From assembly GCF_001194135.2 (NCBI RefSeq), contig NC_068982.1:141450387-141494260 (forward strand): a stretch of 43,874 nucleotides of DNA. The letters run 5' to 3'. Both the position numbers and the translations under genes were made by a program. Below the pieces are notes generated by a model. The model ran no database searches. It was not told the DNA's origin and saw nothing but the letters and a program-made list of their open reading frames with translations. This stretch comes from Octopus bimaculoides (Eukaryota). Below, piece after piece: positions 10,939 through 22,089 of this stretch (positions are counted from its first letter, which is position 1; the number at the start of each line of letters is the position of its first letter).

Positions 10939-13900
10939 AAATTTTTTTAACCATGAATATACGATGTCCACTTAGTGGTCATCCCTCTTATATGTATGTA
11001 ATATACTTTTTTCTGAATCTTCAATTTTTTTTCAATTTGCTAGGTCACTGGTTTTGAATTGATATTAATCAAATTAATATTCAAATTTTCACCCTTATTA
11101 TTTAAATNNNNNNNNNNTATATATATATTTATATATATATATATATGAAACAAATGACAGAAACAGAAAATTAATTTCACGAGATTCTTGTATTTCTGAC
11201 AACGATCGTTTCGACAAATGTTGCTTCGGTCCATCAGGAGTGAGATACAGTGTGTAGCTGGTTGTGGTGCATCCTTCTTTGCAGACATTTCTCATCAAGT
11301 GACTTTTCAAAAGATACCTCGCTCAAATACACACGATTTTGCTTGGTTCTCTTATGATGGACGCTCTCACTTATCTGCCTGTAGCTGGTTGACTACAGGG
11401 TCAGTGGTTTCAAAAATAAACCGCTAGAATGTGTACCAGATTTAAAAGTCGCTGTAACAAGTAAATGATGAATGATAGTAGAATTAATCAGAACAAAGGA
11501 AGGTGGGCAACAGCCTATGTTAGTTCTGCACTCATTTTCGCTAAAATACAATTTCAGCAGTATCCTGCAGCCCTGTTACGTATAACACTCATTATGCAAT
11601 TATAAACAAATAATATTCAAATATTACATTGTATGTGAACGAGTTACATTGCATCGTATGCATAAGAAAGCGATTTTATCTTTAAATTCACACAAAACTT
11701 ACATTTTAAAACATCTAAAAGATGCTTCAAATCTTTATTAGACCAGAGTATATTTTGCAATTGTTTCATGAACGGCAACATTAAGTAATCAATAAAGAAC
11801 TAATTTTAATTTAATAAATCAAAATATAAAAATGAAGCTCTATCAATAAAATGGAGTAAGTAATATATCTACCTCCATTTTACATCAAAATTAATGTTGT
11901 TAAATGAGAAAAAAAGTAGATAATTTAAATGTATATTGTAAAGTGTTGTGTAATGGGGAAGTTATAAAATCAAAATTTATTGCCCATTAAAACTTAAGGC
12001 TATTTATAATTTAGTGTTTCAAAAATTAAAGTAATGTTATTAGTTTAATATTTTCTTAAGATTTAATTTGAAACAAAATTTTACAGTAGACACGAAATTT
12101 CCTCCACATAAACGCTCTCTCATAAAACTTTACATTAATATACATACATACATATGTCCATACGTACATATTGACGGTGTGTGAGTATATGCGTTTTCAT
12201 GTGTTCGGGTGTGTGTATATGTTTGTTTGTATGTTTATATTATATGTTTATATATTTAAGTGTAAATGCCTATATGTATCAAGATATATATTTGTGTCTG
12301 TATGCTCCATCAAATAGTACTTATAAACATTCCTATTACTATCTATTATTATATAATTGTAAATTGAATCTCATTAATCTCTGCTGTCATTAACTTAAGC
12401 ACCATTATCTTTTTTCATTTAACATCATATACTTGAAAAATGTACACTTAACATTAGTCTGCAACATATCTTTATATTCCTTCATTTCTTAATAATATTT
12501 ATGTGTTCAACGTATGCGATTTTCCTTCTGATTTTTATTTCTCTCGGCTTGATATATATGGCAATATTTATGTAAGTTATATTAAACTATTAATATAATT
12601 ATACGACAAATTAATATATATACCTATCACGCCAGCAAAGGTATGTAGTATACATACGGCCTGACAAATACATTAATTGTTGATTCTCACTGAAAATAAT
12701 TAGTGGACGCCGAATGGACGTGTTACAATTGTTATCTACACATCGGTGTTTTTTTTTCTGTGCGTACTGTTGCATGGAAAATAATATAGCATTTCACAAC
12801 ACACATTCATGCGCACACATATACACACATTAACACAGAATACTACACTCAGATATACTACACTATACATAGGTGCGCACAAAAACATTCTTACGTATAC
12901 AGAGATTTTGTTTGGCTACATGAATAGTTTTTGTTGATGAAACCATAATGATTTATGTAGAGTGGCTAACGATGGCAAGGTTATGTCAATATTTATTATC
13001 GTAATCTTTATTTAGTAACTCCCGTGTTCCAGGTTTTCGTTCTTTGTTTAATGTTCTTTCTTCAGTTTATTATGTGCCTTGGAATATTGATTTCAACAAA
13101 TTTGTAATCTTATTTCTTTACGGTACGTAGATAGATTTTCTATTATATATCTACACCAATGTTAGTCATATCTTACATGAGAGTTTACTTAATTGGATAT
13201 AATCAATACTTTGGGATTAATGCCGGCTTATAAGAAAATCATTAGCTTGCAGAATAAGTTTCGTTAAAACTTACCCAGATGTTAGATTTTGCTTGATTGC
13301 GGAGAAAAAGATGCGAAATAGATCTGTATTTACGTATGTACACAATTAAATTTCATAAATTTAACTTTGTATTAGTAAATATACTTTACGTCGGTAGTTG
13401 GACCGCTTGTAGACAGTTGCGTCACGTGTTTACTACGCAAGTAATAATTTCTTGAAAAACTACAAATAGAACACAATTACTCATGTTCATTAATGATTGT
13501 ATTGCTTCTATGATTAAGCAACCATTTAAAACCAACATATTAGGAAGCTAATTTAAATAAATTATATACTTGTTAAGTAAAATCGTGGTTCGGAGATTAC
13601 AATAGTATGTCCGTGATCCTTAATGTGAACCACACTTCTTTGATTTATTTAAAAAGCATTACTGCAACTTTCATCACCAAATAACGACAGCGTTTTTGTA
13701 TGTTCTAGTTTTCTGTGACGTCTTGCATCTAATAATGATACTTTTATATAAATTACCGTCACATATTCATTGCTGTAGAGTCTCACATTGTAAGCTGATG
13801 GTAGATTTTTGTGTGCATGATGTTCTTTGAATGAACACGTTAACTACCACGGTCTGTTGCTTGAACTTATCGATGGCGCCACGTATTTCCTGTCACACTG

Positions 13901-13949
13901 CACACAATTTGATTAGAAATAAATCTAATTTTCATTATTAATATAATTA

Positions 13950-14175
13950 GACGGCATGCTGGCAGAATTGTTAAAACACCTCGCGAAATGCTTTGAGACA
14001 TTTCGTCCGTCATTACGTTCTGAATTCAAATTCCGCCAAGGTCGACTTTGCCTTTCATTCTTTCGGGGGCCAATAAAATGAGTGCCAGTCGAGCACTGAG
14101 ATCGATGTAATTAGAATAGAGACCCCCACCAAAATTCCAAGCATTGTGCCTATAGTAGAAATGATTATTATTATT
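13950..14175 (+). mobile_element. tRNA-derived SINE, family B
   Basis: Head GCTGGCAGAATTGTTA, B-box-like GTTCTGAATTCAAATTCC, central GTCGACTTTGCCTTTCATTCTTTCGGGG..ATAAAATGAGT.CCAG, and (ATT)n tail. Confidence 0.85.
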
Positions 14176-14336
14176 GTTATTTGTATTTTTACAATATTTC
14201 TTAATTAAAATTTCATATCTAGGACTCATATTTAAATATCCTCGAAAATGTTTGAAGATGGAGACAAAGATATCTTCTCAAATTATGTATATGAACCGCC
14301 GGTATTGTATATGGCGCTTGTGTAAAGTTTACGATA

Positions 14337-14645
14337 GACCATAGGTGGCAGATGTGGCGGTTGACGTGATTCGCAAAGTTATTAGTTTTATACATATCAA
14401 TTGTGTGTATGTGTGTATTTCTTCTTCAATTACTTTAAGTAATTATTTTTTTAAAATTAGCATTGTATCCACCTTTATGTAACAACTTCGAATGAAACGC
14501 CTAGCATCATGTTTTTTTTTTCAACCACTTAATCGTTAGGAAAGAAATCTCACTGAAATTCTCGACCATAAATGATAGATGTGGTGCTTAACGTGATTAG
14601 ATAAGTTATTAATTTTATACTTATTAATTATGTATGTGTGTCTCT
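14337..14645 (+). repeat. Diverged direct repeat pair (~85 bp; 14337-14420 and 14564-14645)
   Basis: gaccataggtggcagatgtggcggttgacgtgattcgcaaagttattagttttatac vs gaccataaatgatagatgtggtgcttaacgtgattagataagttattaattttatac. Confidence 0.7.
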
Positions 14646-14689
14646 TGACCAGTGTGGAACGAAGGAGTGGAAGTTTTTCGTTCATTATG

Positions 14690-15370
14690 TCAATTCATAA
14701 CAATATGTTGCTGCAGTAAAAGTTCTTTTTTCCCTGATTTTAAGAAGTTATAATGGAGTCCAGCAGTACACCATCATGTGTCCAGCAGTACACCACCAAA
14801 CAGTCACCATGACCTTCTTTTGGAAGAGCACATACTTAGGAAATTTTTCGGTGCTTCATTTTGATCCAGACACAGTGAAGCACGATTTTTATTATCGTAC
14901 AAAATCCACCCTTTATCGCAAGTTACAATACAGTGGAGAAATGGATGGGTCCAGTTACAGGAGAAGAAGCGACTAGCAAATTTCGTATCTGCGCATTTTC
15001 CAATTTTCATTTAAATCGTGTGTTACTCACTTATAGAGCCTTTTTGATTTTCCGATCGTATGCAAATGGTTGCAGGCAGTTTTCTAAGTTCTTTTGCCAG
15101 TTCTCGAGTGGTTTTACGTGGGTCTTTCTTAATGACGGTCTTTAATTGACCGTTATCGATGACAGAAGGGCGTCCACTAAACTCCAAGTCTTCAAGGCTT
15201 AGGTCTTCACTGCAAAATCGTTTAAACCATTTTAGAGCTGACCATTCACTGGCTATTTTCTCCCCGAACGCTTTGTTGATATCGCAAGCAGTTTCAACTG
15301 CTTTACGTACTTATTTAGAGTTGAATAGCAAAATTCCTCGAATATCGCTCTTTGAATACTTCCATTTCAG
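14690..15370 (-). mobile_element. Mariner transposase pseudogene (N-terminus to first catalytic region)
   Basis: MEV.KSDIRGILLF...AVETACDINKAFGE, then FLHCIVTCDKGWILYDN and KV.VTVWWCTAGL.HYNFLKSG. Decayed, with a small tandem duplication near 14760-14795. Confidence 0.9.
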
Positions 15371-15478
15371 ACGGTTGTTACAGCGGTGAAAAAAATATTA
15401 ATGGCAATTTATTAATGCATTTCGGCAAGTGTATGTCTGTATTATAAGAGAATTGCAAAAAGTGTTTTAAAAACATGT

Positions 15479-15997
15479 ATATTAGGTTGTCTCACATGTA
15501 ATGTATTTTAAATGGGTTTTTTATGAGTCATTTACAAATGGATTTTTAATGAGTTTGTATGTTTATGCTTGTGTACACTCTAAACTGTTTTCCATTCTAG
15601 ACAATATTATTATTCAAATTTGCTATCCACAGCTCTTATGACAATGTTGACAATTGAACAAAACCGAGTGATTTTCTTGTACGTATACAAGTTGGGTCAC
15701 TCTGCCACTGAAGCTCTGCGAAACATCAAGTGGGCTTTTGGCAATGATTCTGTTGATATTAGAACTGTTCAAAGATGATTCCAAATATTTCGTTCAGGAA
15801 ACGAAAGCCTTAAAAATAAATCAAGCGGGAAGCCAAAGTCAGTTATTCGGCATGATGAATATGATTGCTTTGGTTAAACGAAATCCGAGAACAACGGTCC
15901 GAAAAATCGAACAGGGCTCCAGACTTCTCAGGTAGCTGCTTCTATACACTTGAAGGAAATTTGAAAAATGGAAAAGAGGGATAGGTTCGTCCCCCAC
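15479..15997 (+). mobile_element. Mariner 5' end (TIR plus transposase N-terminus)
   Basis: TA+TTAGGTTG end at 15479. ATG at 15638 gives MTMLTIEQNRVIFLYVYKLGHSATEALRNIKWAFGNDSVDIRTVQR*FQIFRSGNESL and later RFVPH (WVPH motif), cut by a (TA)n tract. Confidence 0.85.
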
Positions 15998-16185
15998 CAT
16001 ATATATATATATATANNNNNNNNNNNNNNNNNNNNNNNNNNNNNNNNNNNNNNNNNNNNNNNNNNNNNNNNNNNNNNNNNNNNNNNNNNNNNNNNATATA
16101 TAAACACTCACGCAGCAGCGCCCACACATATGTATATAGGTAGATGGATACAGCTCTATAAATTACATAGAAATATTTTGAGTTG

Positions 16186-16465
16186 TACGCGGTCTGATCA
16201 ATAAGTATCCAGACTGTTGTCATAGTAACAACCCGAAACCGCGCAGAGTAATGCTGCTTGGCACAGATTTACCTTGAAATCTGCTGTGCATCCGCACTAC
16301 GTTTAAACGTTCTAGCACACTTTCGTTGTTTACAGCAGTTCTGGGAAGGAAGGTGTGTAGCGTATGATTGCCGCTTTGTCCATAACAGTGGAAGCTGATC
16401 AGAGAATGTGCATCAACGTGGCAAAATCTAGGCGATACCTCCTCAGAGGCGTACGCAAAGTTTTC
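16186..16465 (+). mobile_element. Mariner 5' end (TIR, leader, first ~30 codons)
   Basis: TA+CGCGGTCTGATCAATAAGTATCC TIR, followed by ITVEADQRMCI...LGDTSSEAYAK. Confidence 0.8.
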
Positions 16466-17059
16466 TAAATGTTTTCATCGTTCTCGACACAATCAAGAAG
16501 ATCTTGTGCAAGTGAAACTCGAGTGACATTTTGCACAGTCGAAATCAGTTTTGGCACAAACTTGACAGACACGCGTCTCATACACAAATCTTCAGTGATA
16601 ATATACTGTAAATATACCGTAACTAATTTGCACATCCTCTGATAACCCACGGATGGTGATTCGACGATTACGCCTCCGAGCTGTACGCACACCTGCGATG
16701 TTTTTCTCGGTTCTGCTGTGTAGGAATCCAGAGCATTTGTCAATATCAACATTTTTCAGCCATGTTGGCAACATCATAACAACTCGTAAACATGTGTGCG
16801 GTTCATACACTCCTCTCCATTTATTTTCTGCAACTTTGCGCAGGCGTCTGATCATGTTTCCTCTTGACAACTTACCTTGTGATGACCAAAGCAACTATCA
16901 CGTTCTACACACCTTTCTTCCAAGCACTGCTGTAAACAGCGGGAGTGAAAAACAAAGTTTAAACTTAGTGTGCATGCTCAGAGTTGTCCAGCGTCAACTT
17001 GTGTCAAGAGGACACATTCTGCATGCTTTACCTTCGTTAATCATTGATGAGACCTCGTA
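16456..17059 (-). mobile_element. Mariner 5' half (TIR, leader, transposase to just before the catalytic domain)
   Basis: TA+CGAGGTCTCATCAATGATTA TIR at 17059. Translation includes SRTEKNIAGVRT..RNRRITIRGLSEDVQISYG and IITEDLCMRRVSVKFVPKL...QDLLDCVENDEN. Confidence 0.9.
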
Positions 17060-17378
17060 TATACAAATATATATATGTACGTATATATGTACATGTGTGT
17101 ACAATCATTTTTTCGTTTTATTCCTTTCTTTTATACGCTTTAGGATGTTACACGTTCTTTAAGAATTTTCATCCATCACGGAATCATTCTTGCTTCGGTT
17201 TTTTCGCATTTACTCGTAATGTCCATTCTCACCCAGAAAATGAGCCCTTTTTCAAACTTTGAAAAATGTTGATCCTTTGTGTAATTTCAGAAATAAATGT
17301 ATATATTTTTTTCTCTTCCGCTGCAAAACATGCTCAAACATGTGTTTATTCATATGTGTAATTCTCTCGGTTTATCAA

Positions 17379-17527
17379 AGGCGAAGAAATTGCTGTGTGG
17401 TAAGTAGCTTGCTTACCAAGCACTTGATCCTGGGTTCAGTGGCACGTTGGCAAGTGTCTTCTATAGCCTCGGGCCGACGAAACCCTTATGAGTGGATTTG
17501 GGAGACGGAAACTGAAAGAAGTCCGTC

Positions 17528-17530
<3 letters not shown>
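17379..17530 (+). mobile_element. tRNA-derived SINE, family A (head)
   Basis: GCTGTGTGGTAAGTAGCTTGCTT (A-box region), GGGTTCAG (B-box-like), GTGGATTTGG.AGACGGAAACTGAAAGAAG..CGTCG followed by (TA)n. Homologous to 20798, 23757 and 41789. Confidence 0.9.
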
Positions 17531-17575
<45 letters not shown>

Positions 17576-17879
17576 TATTTTATTTTATTTTATTTTATAT
17601 TGTATATTGTATATCATATTATATATTGTATATTCCATATTCTATACCCCACATTAGTTCTGCAGGAATATAAATAATACATANNNNNNNNNNNNNNNNN
17701 NNNNNNNNNNNNNNNNNNNNNNNNNNNNNNNNNNNNNNNNNNNNNNNNNNNNNNNNNNNNNNNNNNNNNNNNNNNNNNNNNNNNNNNNNNNNNNNNNNNN
17801 NNNNNNNNNNNNNNNNNNNNNNNNNNNNNNNNNNNNNNNNNNNNNNNNNNNNNNNNNNNNNNNNNNNNNNNTATATGCC

Positions 17880-17930
17880 GGTATGGTGGCAGTCAAAATC
17901 ACTGAAAAAAATAAAAGAATAAAAAAATAC
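17880..17930 (+). mobile_element. SINE family A 3' tail fragment
   Basis: ggtatggtggcagtcaaaatcactgaaaaaaataaaagaat resembles the tail cagcatgactgtagtcaaatgactgaaccaagcaaa at 21185-21230. Confidence 0.5.
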
Positions 17931-18944
17931 AATTGAAATTTGTTCCTACAAATTTTGTTCCTTTAAATTTTGTAACTTTTGTATAACTTTCCGTCATATT
18001 CAACCAAATTTCCTTACGATGTATTTATATTTCGTTTCTCACAGAAATTCAGATATGTTTGGTTATACCAGTTTTCTATTGCAATTAATTATTCCTGGTT
18101 TTCTACAAATCCTAATTGATACATCCCCTCTCATTAAACTCACGTATTCTCTCTTTTCAGCGTTCCTTCATTTCTTTCGTTTATCGCTTTTCTTTTCTTC
18201 CCTTTGTTTATGCAATTAACGTCCCCCCCCCTACATTCCTCACGATTGTTTCTCTCATAGAACGACGTTTTCCGTTCCATTGTTAATTTTGTTTCACCCT
18301 ATGTTCTTTAATAGCTCACGCACTGTTTTCCCTTTCTTAACTCTCACATGGCTCTCCCTCCTTGTATTAATTTGTCTCATATTCTCATATTCATACATTG
18401 TCTTACACATCCACATATTCCTCTCACCCACATTTCCCCTACACATTCTTCCCTCTCCACGTTCCTCACTTCCACACAAACATAATACAATGCAGTAATC
18501 CTTCAATTATCACCCGTGTTACGTTCCAACCACCATCGCTACGATAGGTGAAAACCCGTGAAGTAGAAACAGTACCGTACTGTATCTGTTTTATTACTTT
18601 CAGAATTTGTATATATTAATTTTATTACACATGTCAACAGTACCACGGAAGAAATCGACGTAAGTACAAATAATGAACCACGATATGTGAACCGCGAAAG
18701 ATATAGTGAGGGATTACTGTAATACAATTGCATATACGCACATAAGCACACACACACACATACACATATACAAAGGAAAGACAAACATGCAGCCCTTAAA
18801 CACATTTCTAAATAGGAGAAAGCTCCAATGGGTTCACACGCCAGCACCACCGCTCTCTTGTACACTGCCTCAAAGCATCACTTTCCCACCCAAACCTCGC
18901 AATATTGTATATCTTTCTCATTAATGTTTCTTGTTTTTCACTCC

Positions 18945-18985
18945 TATTGTGATGAAGGACTAACGTCCGAAACTTTACGATGGCC
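18945..18985 (+). ncRNA. Degenerate hammerhead-ribozyme-like motif
   Basis: GTGATGA-A-GGAC-TAAC-GTCC-GAAAC: core with C3 changed to G and a perfect 4-bp stem II. Stem III and cleavage triplet are not clear. Confidence 0.5.
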
Positions 18986-19013
18986 ACGCCTCCTGATTCA
19001 CATTAAACTTATA

Positions 19014-19015
<2 letters not shown>

Positions 19016-19077
<62 letters not shown>
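19016..19077. repeat. Perfect (TA)n microsatellite
   Basis: Directly visible. Confidence 0.95.
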
Positions 19078-19080
<3 letters not shown>

Positions 19081-19489
19081 AGAGAAAAAACACGATTAAA
19101 CATACTACGTACTTATAAAATATATATGAAGGTAGAAAGTTGGGTGGGTGATTACATGTAGTTGAATATATACGGAAAAAAATGCGATGAAAAGTAAAGA
19201 AGATTTATTTTAAACGATTAAAGGATACATAAGAATCATAATCGTAAAGGTATTATACATTATTGTACAAAATAAGATTTTTTCTTCCAACATAATAACG
19301 GTTTTAGTTAGCGCTTTCCAAATTATTAAATTTGGATGAATTTCTGAGTTAGACATTTTGTTTGCTAGTGGGAATTATTGGTAACCAAGGTATTTTACAC
19401 TAAAGGGGATGTAAATCTCTAATATTTTTCATATTGGTCTATTTTTTTATTCTAACATTAATTGTAGTAAATCTTTAGTTTTCATAAGC

Positions 19490-20346
19490 AAAAAACTAGA
19501 AACGGACATTTTTGACAAAACTACAGATGCTAATCAGTATCTATCATTTAGTTAATGCTATGCGAGACATTTCAAAACAAATGTTCCCTTCAACCTTGCA
19601 AGAAGGATTTGCACCATAGTGTCCGAACAAATACCAGTGAACTAACATTGCAAGAAGTTAAAAATGTACTCCCGGACAGATGCTACTCAATTCAACTCAT
19701 AAATGAACGGATTAAATGGGCAAAATCAATCGATATAAGAACATTAAGAAAAGTCGAACACAATAATGCACTCATTCAGATAACACTACCAAAGAAGCAT
19801 TTACAATCATTGCCCAAACACTTTCAATACTCCATAAAGACCCTAAACTCAAGGAAACACAACGTACTTATAAAATCATTTAAAACAGTAAGCAACCAAC
19901 GACGTTAAAGAAGTTCTTCACAAATGCCAAATTATTTTCAAGAATAACGGAGTAAAAAAGAAGCTTGGTCGTCCTAACTACAGAACTTGTCCCAATCTTT
20001 TGGAAGGATCAGAATTCCATTTTAGACATGGGCAAAAATTTAAAGTTAATCCCAATTTCATTGCGCTTCTGAAAACCTCAATTATGTTTATGAGATGCTG
20101 GGGCAGCCATAAAAACTATATACCGTCAACGGGAATGTTGATCAAACGAAAATGTACAGTCCACAGAAAACAGATACCCTCCGCACAATATCACCAGATA
20201 TATCTAAGTGAATACATTGACAGATGTGCAGACCAACTGCAACCACAGTTCCTAATTTTCATTTGCTTTTTGGATCTCAATACAAGTACCACTAAATAAA
20301 GAGACCTCATTTATTGAAAAATGTAAACCGGAATTAAATATAAACT
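19490..20346 (+). mobile_element. Penelope-like element 3' coding region (RT thumb, linker, GIY-YIG endonuclease), decayed
   Basis: LETDIFDKTTDANQYLSFS*C...NVPFNLARRICTIVSE, then GRPNYRTCPNLLEGSEFHF and NL.YV/MRCWGSHKNYIPSTG...KCTVHRKQI, ending FIEKCKPELN. Confidence 0.9.
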
Positions 20347-20797
20347 CATGCTGAAAATTAGATATTTACCCCGACTATTGTAAGAATTAAATGTTGACTA
20401 ATGTAAAAGAACATTACATTTACACTCCATTTACTTTAAAATATCTTGGTTACCAATTATCCCGCCTAGCAATAATATAGAAATTCATCACAAACTCATA
20501 ACTTGAAAAGCAATAGTAAATCCGGTTTATCATATTTTGTAGAATATTGTATAATACTTTTATTATTATGATTCTAATATACTTTTTAGACTTTTAAAAC
20601 ATATCCCGTGTGTTTTTCATCTTATTTCTGTATATATATATGTATATTTATGTGTATGTGTCTTTGTGTCTGTGTTTCTCCACCGCCATCATTTAACAAC
20701 CTATGTTGGTGACTTATGTCNNNNNNNNNNNNNNNNNNNNNNNNNNNNNNNNNNNNNNNNNNNNNNNNNNNNNNNNNNNNNNNNNATATATATGTAC

Positions 20798-21230
20798 AGC
20801 GGTATGGGCGTTGCTGTGTGGTAAGGAACTTGCTTCTCGATCGTATAGTTCCGGGTTAAGTTTCACTGCCTGGCGCTGAGTGAAGTCTACTATAGCCTCA
20901 GGCCAACCAAAACCTTCTGAGTAGATTTGTTATAGGGGAAACTGGAGGAAGCCCGTAGTATATATACTCATATATGTAATATATATATATATATATGTAT
21001 ATTTATGTGTATGTGTCTTTGTGTCTGTGTTTCTCCACCGCCATCATTTAACAACCTATGTTGGTGACTTATGTCCCCGTAACTTAGGAGATTGGAAAAA
21101 GTGAGTGATGGAATAAGTATCAGATTTAGAAAGAACAAGTCCTGATGTCAATTTCTTCGACTAAAATCACTTAAGGTGGTGCTTCAGCATGACTGTAGTC
21201 AAATGACTGAACCAAGCAAACGAAGAAAAG
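20798..21230 (+). mobile_element. tRNA-derived SINE, family A (near full length)
   Basis: Head GCTGTGTGGTAAG..GTTCCGGGTTAAGT, internal (TA)/(TG) tract, body CCCCGTAACTTAG...TTCGACTAAAA...GGTGGTGCT.CAGCATG...AGTCAAATGACTGA. Confidence 0.9.
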
Positions 21231-21817
21231 TATATACGCACGTGCACAGTTTGTGCATATCTGCATGTAAAAATCAATATCTTTATAGATCTATATATTC
21301 AACTACATCATAGAAAAGCTATTTAATAACAAAATATAGTTCATTCATTTGTTTTAGAATTAAATTATTTGATGTCTTAAAATTTTCATCGCACACCTGA
21401 TCAATGAATATATTCCACATCAAGGCCTTAAAAAAATTATATTTACAGATTTGAAAGATAGATTAGAGAATACACATCTTAAGACATGTTTACGTTTCAT
21501 ATAATTTTAAATCAAAATGCGATTATTAGAAAAACCAATAGAAACTTAACATTTGATTACAGTTTTACAAGAGAGGTTAATAAAAGTATAAAATACCTGA
21601 CCTGTTCTTTGATATTTCGTCAACGTTGCAAGGGAGGACGGGATATGCTGATTATAATTAGTTTGTAACTGTCTAAATATTTTCCGCATTTAGATATTTG
21701 GTAAAAATTATTAAAATGTCTATTACAAATGTAGAATGATCAAAGTCGAATTTTAGAATATTTAAGCAAATAATTATTACCTTTAATTTTCTTATTAAAA
21801 AGTATTTTTCTGCGATT

Positions 21818-21855
<38 letters not shown>

Positions 21856-21859
<4 letters not shown>

Positions 21860-22089
21860 CCTTACTCACCACAGACCCGAAAATGAACAATATCATCAAT
21901 ACACACAAAGTCCTTAAATGCAAAAGGCAACACAAATCTTTGAAAACACTATTAACCAATGTCAAAATACATACACCACTCTCACCCCCATCAGTTAAAA
22001 AATGTGCACGCCCTAATTGTGGTACCTGCCGCTACCTACTTGAAGGCTCTGAATTTACCTTCAAACAAGGAACAAAGTTTAAAATCAAA
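21856..22089 (+). mobile_element. Penelope-like element fragment (linker before GIY-YIG), runs into a gap
   Basis: Open frame MNNIINTHKVLKCKRQHKSLKTLLTNVK...SVKKCARPNCGTCRYLLEGSEFTFKQGTKFKIK with an intact CxxxxCxxC. Confidence 0.85.

Noticed and set aside
18545-18600. GAAACAGTAC-C-GTACTGTA hairpin resembling hammerhead stem III
   Set aside because: No CTGANGA core or stem II upstream.
20641-21075. Identical 80-bp SINE-body segment at 20641-20720 and 20996-21075
   Set aside because: The first copy follows a (TA)n tract and ends at a gap; probably a mis-join through the TA repeat rather than a real duplication.
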